Shown here one piece after another: positions 25,176 to 25,867 of a stretch of DNA of 25,867 nucleotides (the first letter of the stretch is position 1; each line of letters begins with the position of its first letter). This DNA comes from Candidatus Thorarchaeota archaeon (GTDB lineage Archaea > Asgardarchaeota > Thorarchaeia > Thorarchaeales > Thorarchaeaceae): assembly GCA_048884785.1 (NCBI GenBank), contig JBHLQM010000053.1, positions 1 through 25,867 on the forward strand, written 5' to 3'. The notes beneath the pieces were generated by a model, which was not told the origin of the DNA, did no database searches, and was given only the letters and a program-made list of their open reading frames with translations. Position numbers and translations under genes: made by a program.

Positions 25176-25212
25176 GGCTGTTTCTTCTAACATCCTTTTT
25201 GTGTGAAATCCA

Positions 25213-25620
25213 TTGAATAAAGGCGAGTTACTTGAATTCTGTCGAAAATGGCTATCCGCCTGGACTGGAAATAGGCCTGAAATCTTGATCAAGTTCTACG
25301 CTGAAGATGCCCTTTACATTGATCCTGCAAACCGGGCAGGCCTAAAAGGACATGAATCAATCCTGGCATATTTTGAGCGCCTTCTTAGAGTATATCATGA
25401 TTGGAGTTGGGAGCCCTTAGAGGTTTTTCCAATTGAGGGAGGTACCATTGTCAAATGGCGATGTCAAATTCCTGTAGGACAAGAAGTTTTGGAAGAAGTA
25501 GGACTTGATATTGTGGAAATAGAAAACGGAAAAATAACTAGAAATGAAGTATATTTTGATAGAACTAGACTCGTGGCTGCAATTGAAAGACGCAAGCAGA
25601 TGGAGCGTCTGCGCCTATAA
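25213..25620 (+). CDS. SnoaL-like / NTF2-family protein
   Basis: WLSAW, FYAEDALYIDP, GHESILAYF and GLDIVEIENGKITRNEVYFD motifs. Confidence 0.85.
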   Translation: MNKGELLEFCRKWLSAWTGNRPEILIKFYAEDALYIDPANRAGLKGHESILAYFERLLRVYHDWSWEPLEVFPIEGGTIVKWRCQIPVGQEVLEEVGLDIVEIENGKITRNEVYFDRTRLVAAIERRKQMERLRL

Positions 25621-25621
25621 T

Positions 25622-25867
25622 TCACATTCTGTGCAGCCGCTCAGCATTTGTCCAGTATAGTTTCCTTAAAACCTCGGTTGGGAGCTCGAGCCCGTATATT
25701 TTGGTGCCGCCACTGTCTATCGTGTCATTATCAACAAATGGCAAATCAACTCCTTTGACATCCGACTCGAGCATTAGTCTTAAAGCAGCATGTCTTCCTT
25801 CGTAGTAACTTCTATCCGGGCTGCTTGCTACGCAATCAGTGGCGAAAAGAATTCGATCTGCATATTT
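25622..25867 (-). CDS. Amidohydrolase-family protein, C-terminal part (5' end outside window; not in ORF track)
   Basis: Manual translation: KYADRILFATDCVASSPDRSYYEGRHAALRLMLESDVKGVDLPFVDNDTIDSGGTKIYGLELPTEVLRKLYWTNAERLHRM*. DRILFxTD and L..EVL.K.Y..NA.RL are typical of the amidohydrolase C-terminus. Confidence 0.8.
   Translation of the reverse strand, partial: KYADRILFATDCVASSPDRSYYEGRHAALRLMLESDVKGVDLPFVDNDTIDSGGTKIYGLELPTEVLRKLYWTNAERLHRM

Noticed and set aside
1-25867. CRISPR array, tRNA/rRNA, transposase or integrase
   Set aside because: No regularly spaced repeats, cloverleaf/T-loop motifs or recombinase motifs were seen on reading; covariance-model searches were not possible.

Overview
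Gene-dense archaeal chromosomal window, most likely from an Asgard archaeon (Thorarchaeota-like). This is an inference from a Rab-like small GTPase, a stand-alone gelsolin-domain protein, a cytoplasmic 24-residue LRR protein, archaeal TATA elements and GGTG/GGAGG ribosome-binding sites. In order, the window holds: a partial LRR gene (missed by the ORF track), a dsrEFH/tusDCB-like sulfur-relay trio, an O-methyltransferase, a NIF3-like protein, a 4-gene polar amino-acid ABC transporter, a candidate box C/D sRNA, a hypothetical + wHTH pair, a Rab-like GTPase, a small membrane protein, a membrane-anchored Ig-like protein, an ICMT/PEMT-family methyltransferase, an MFS transporter, tldD-pmbA, a degenerate Rab-fold pseudo-GTPase, an M32 carboxypeptidase, a VIT1/CCC1 protein, a D-cysteine desulfhydrase-family enzyme, a B-box-like Zn-finger membrane protein, a MoxR AAA+/VWA pair, a PNPOx-like protein, a single-domain gelsolin, a wHTH, a SnoaL/NTF2 protein and a partial amidohydrolase (also missed by the ORF track). 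I saw no rRNA, tRNA, CRISPR array or transposase. The best leads are (1) a full-length small-GTPase-fold protein whose G1, G3, G4 and G5 motifs are all mutated, (2) a VWA protein whose N-terminus resembles the lid of its partner AAA+ ATPase, which itself has a D-to-N Walker B, (3) a C/D kink-turn sRNA candidate, (4) a probable CTG-initiated ABC permease, and (5) several structured intergenic regions. All family calls come from motif recognition by eye, not from database searches.
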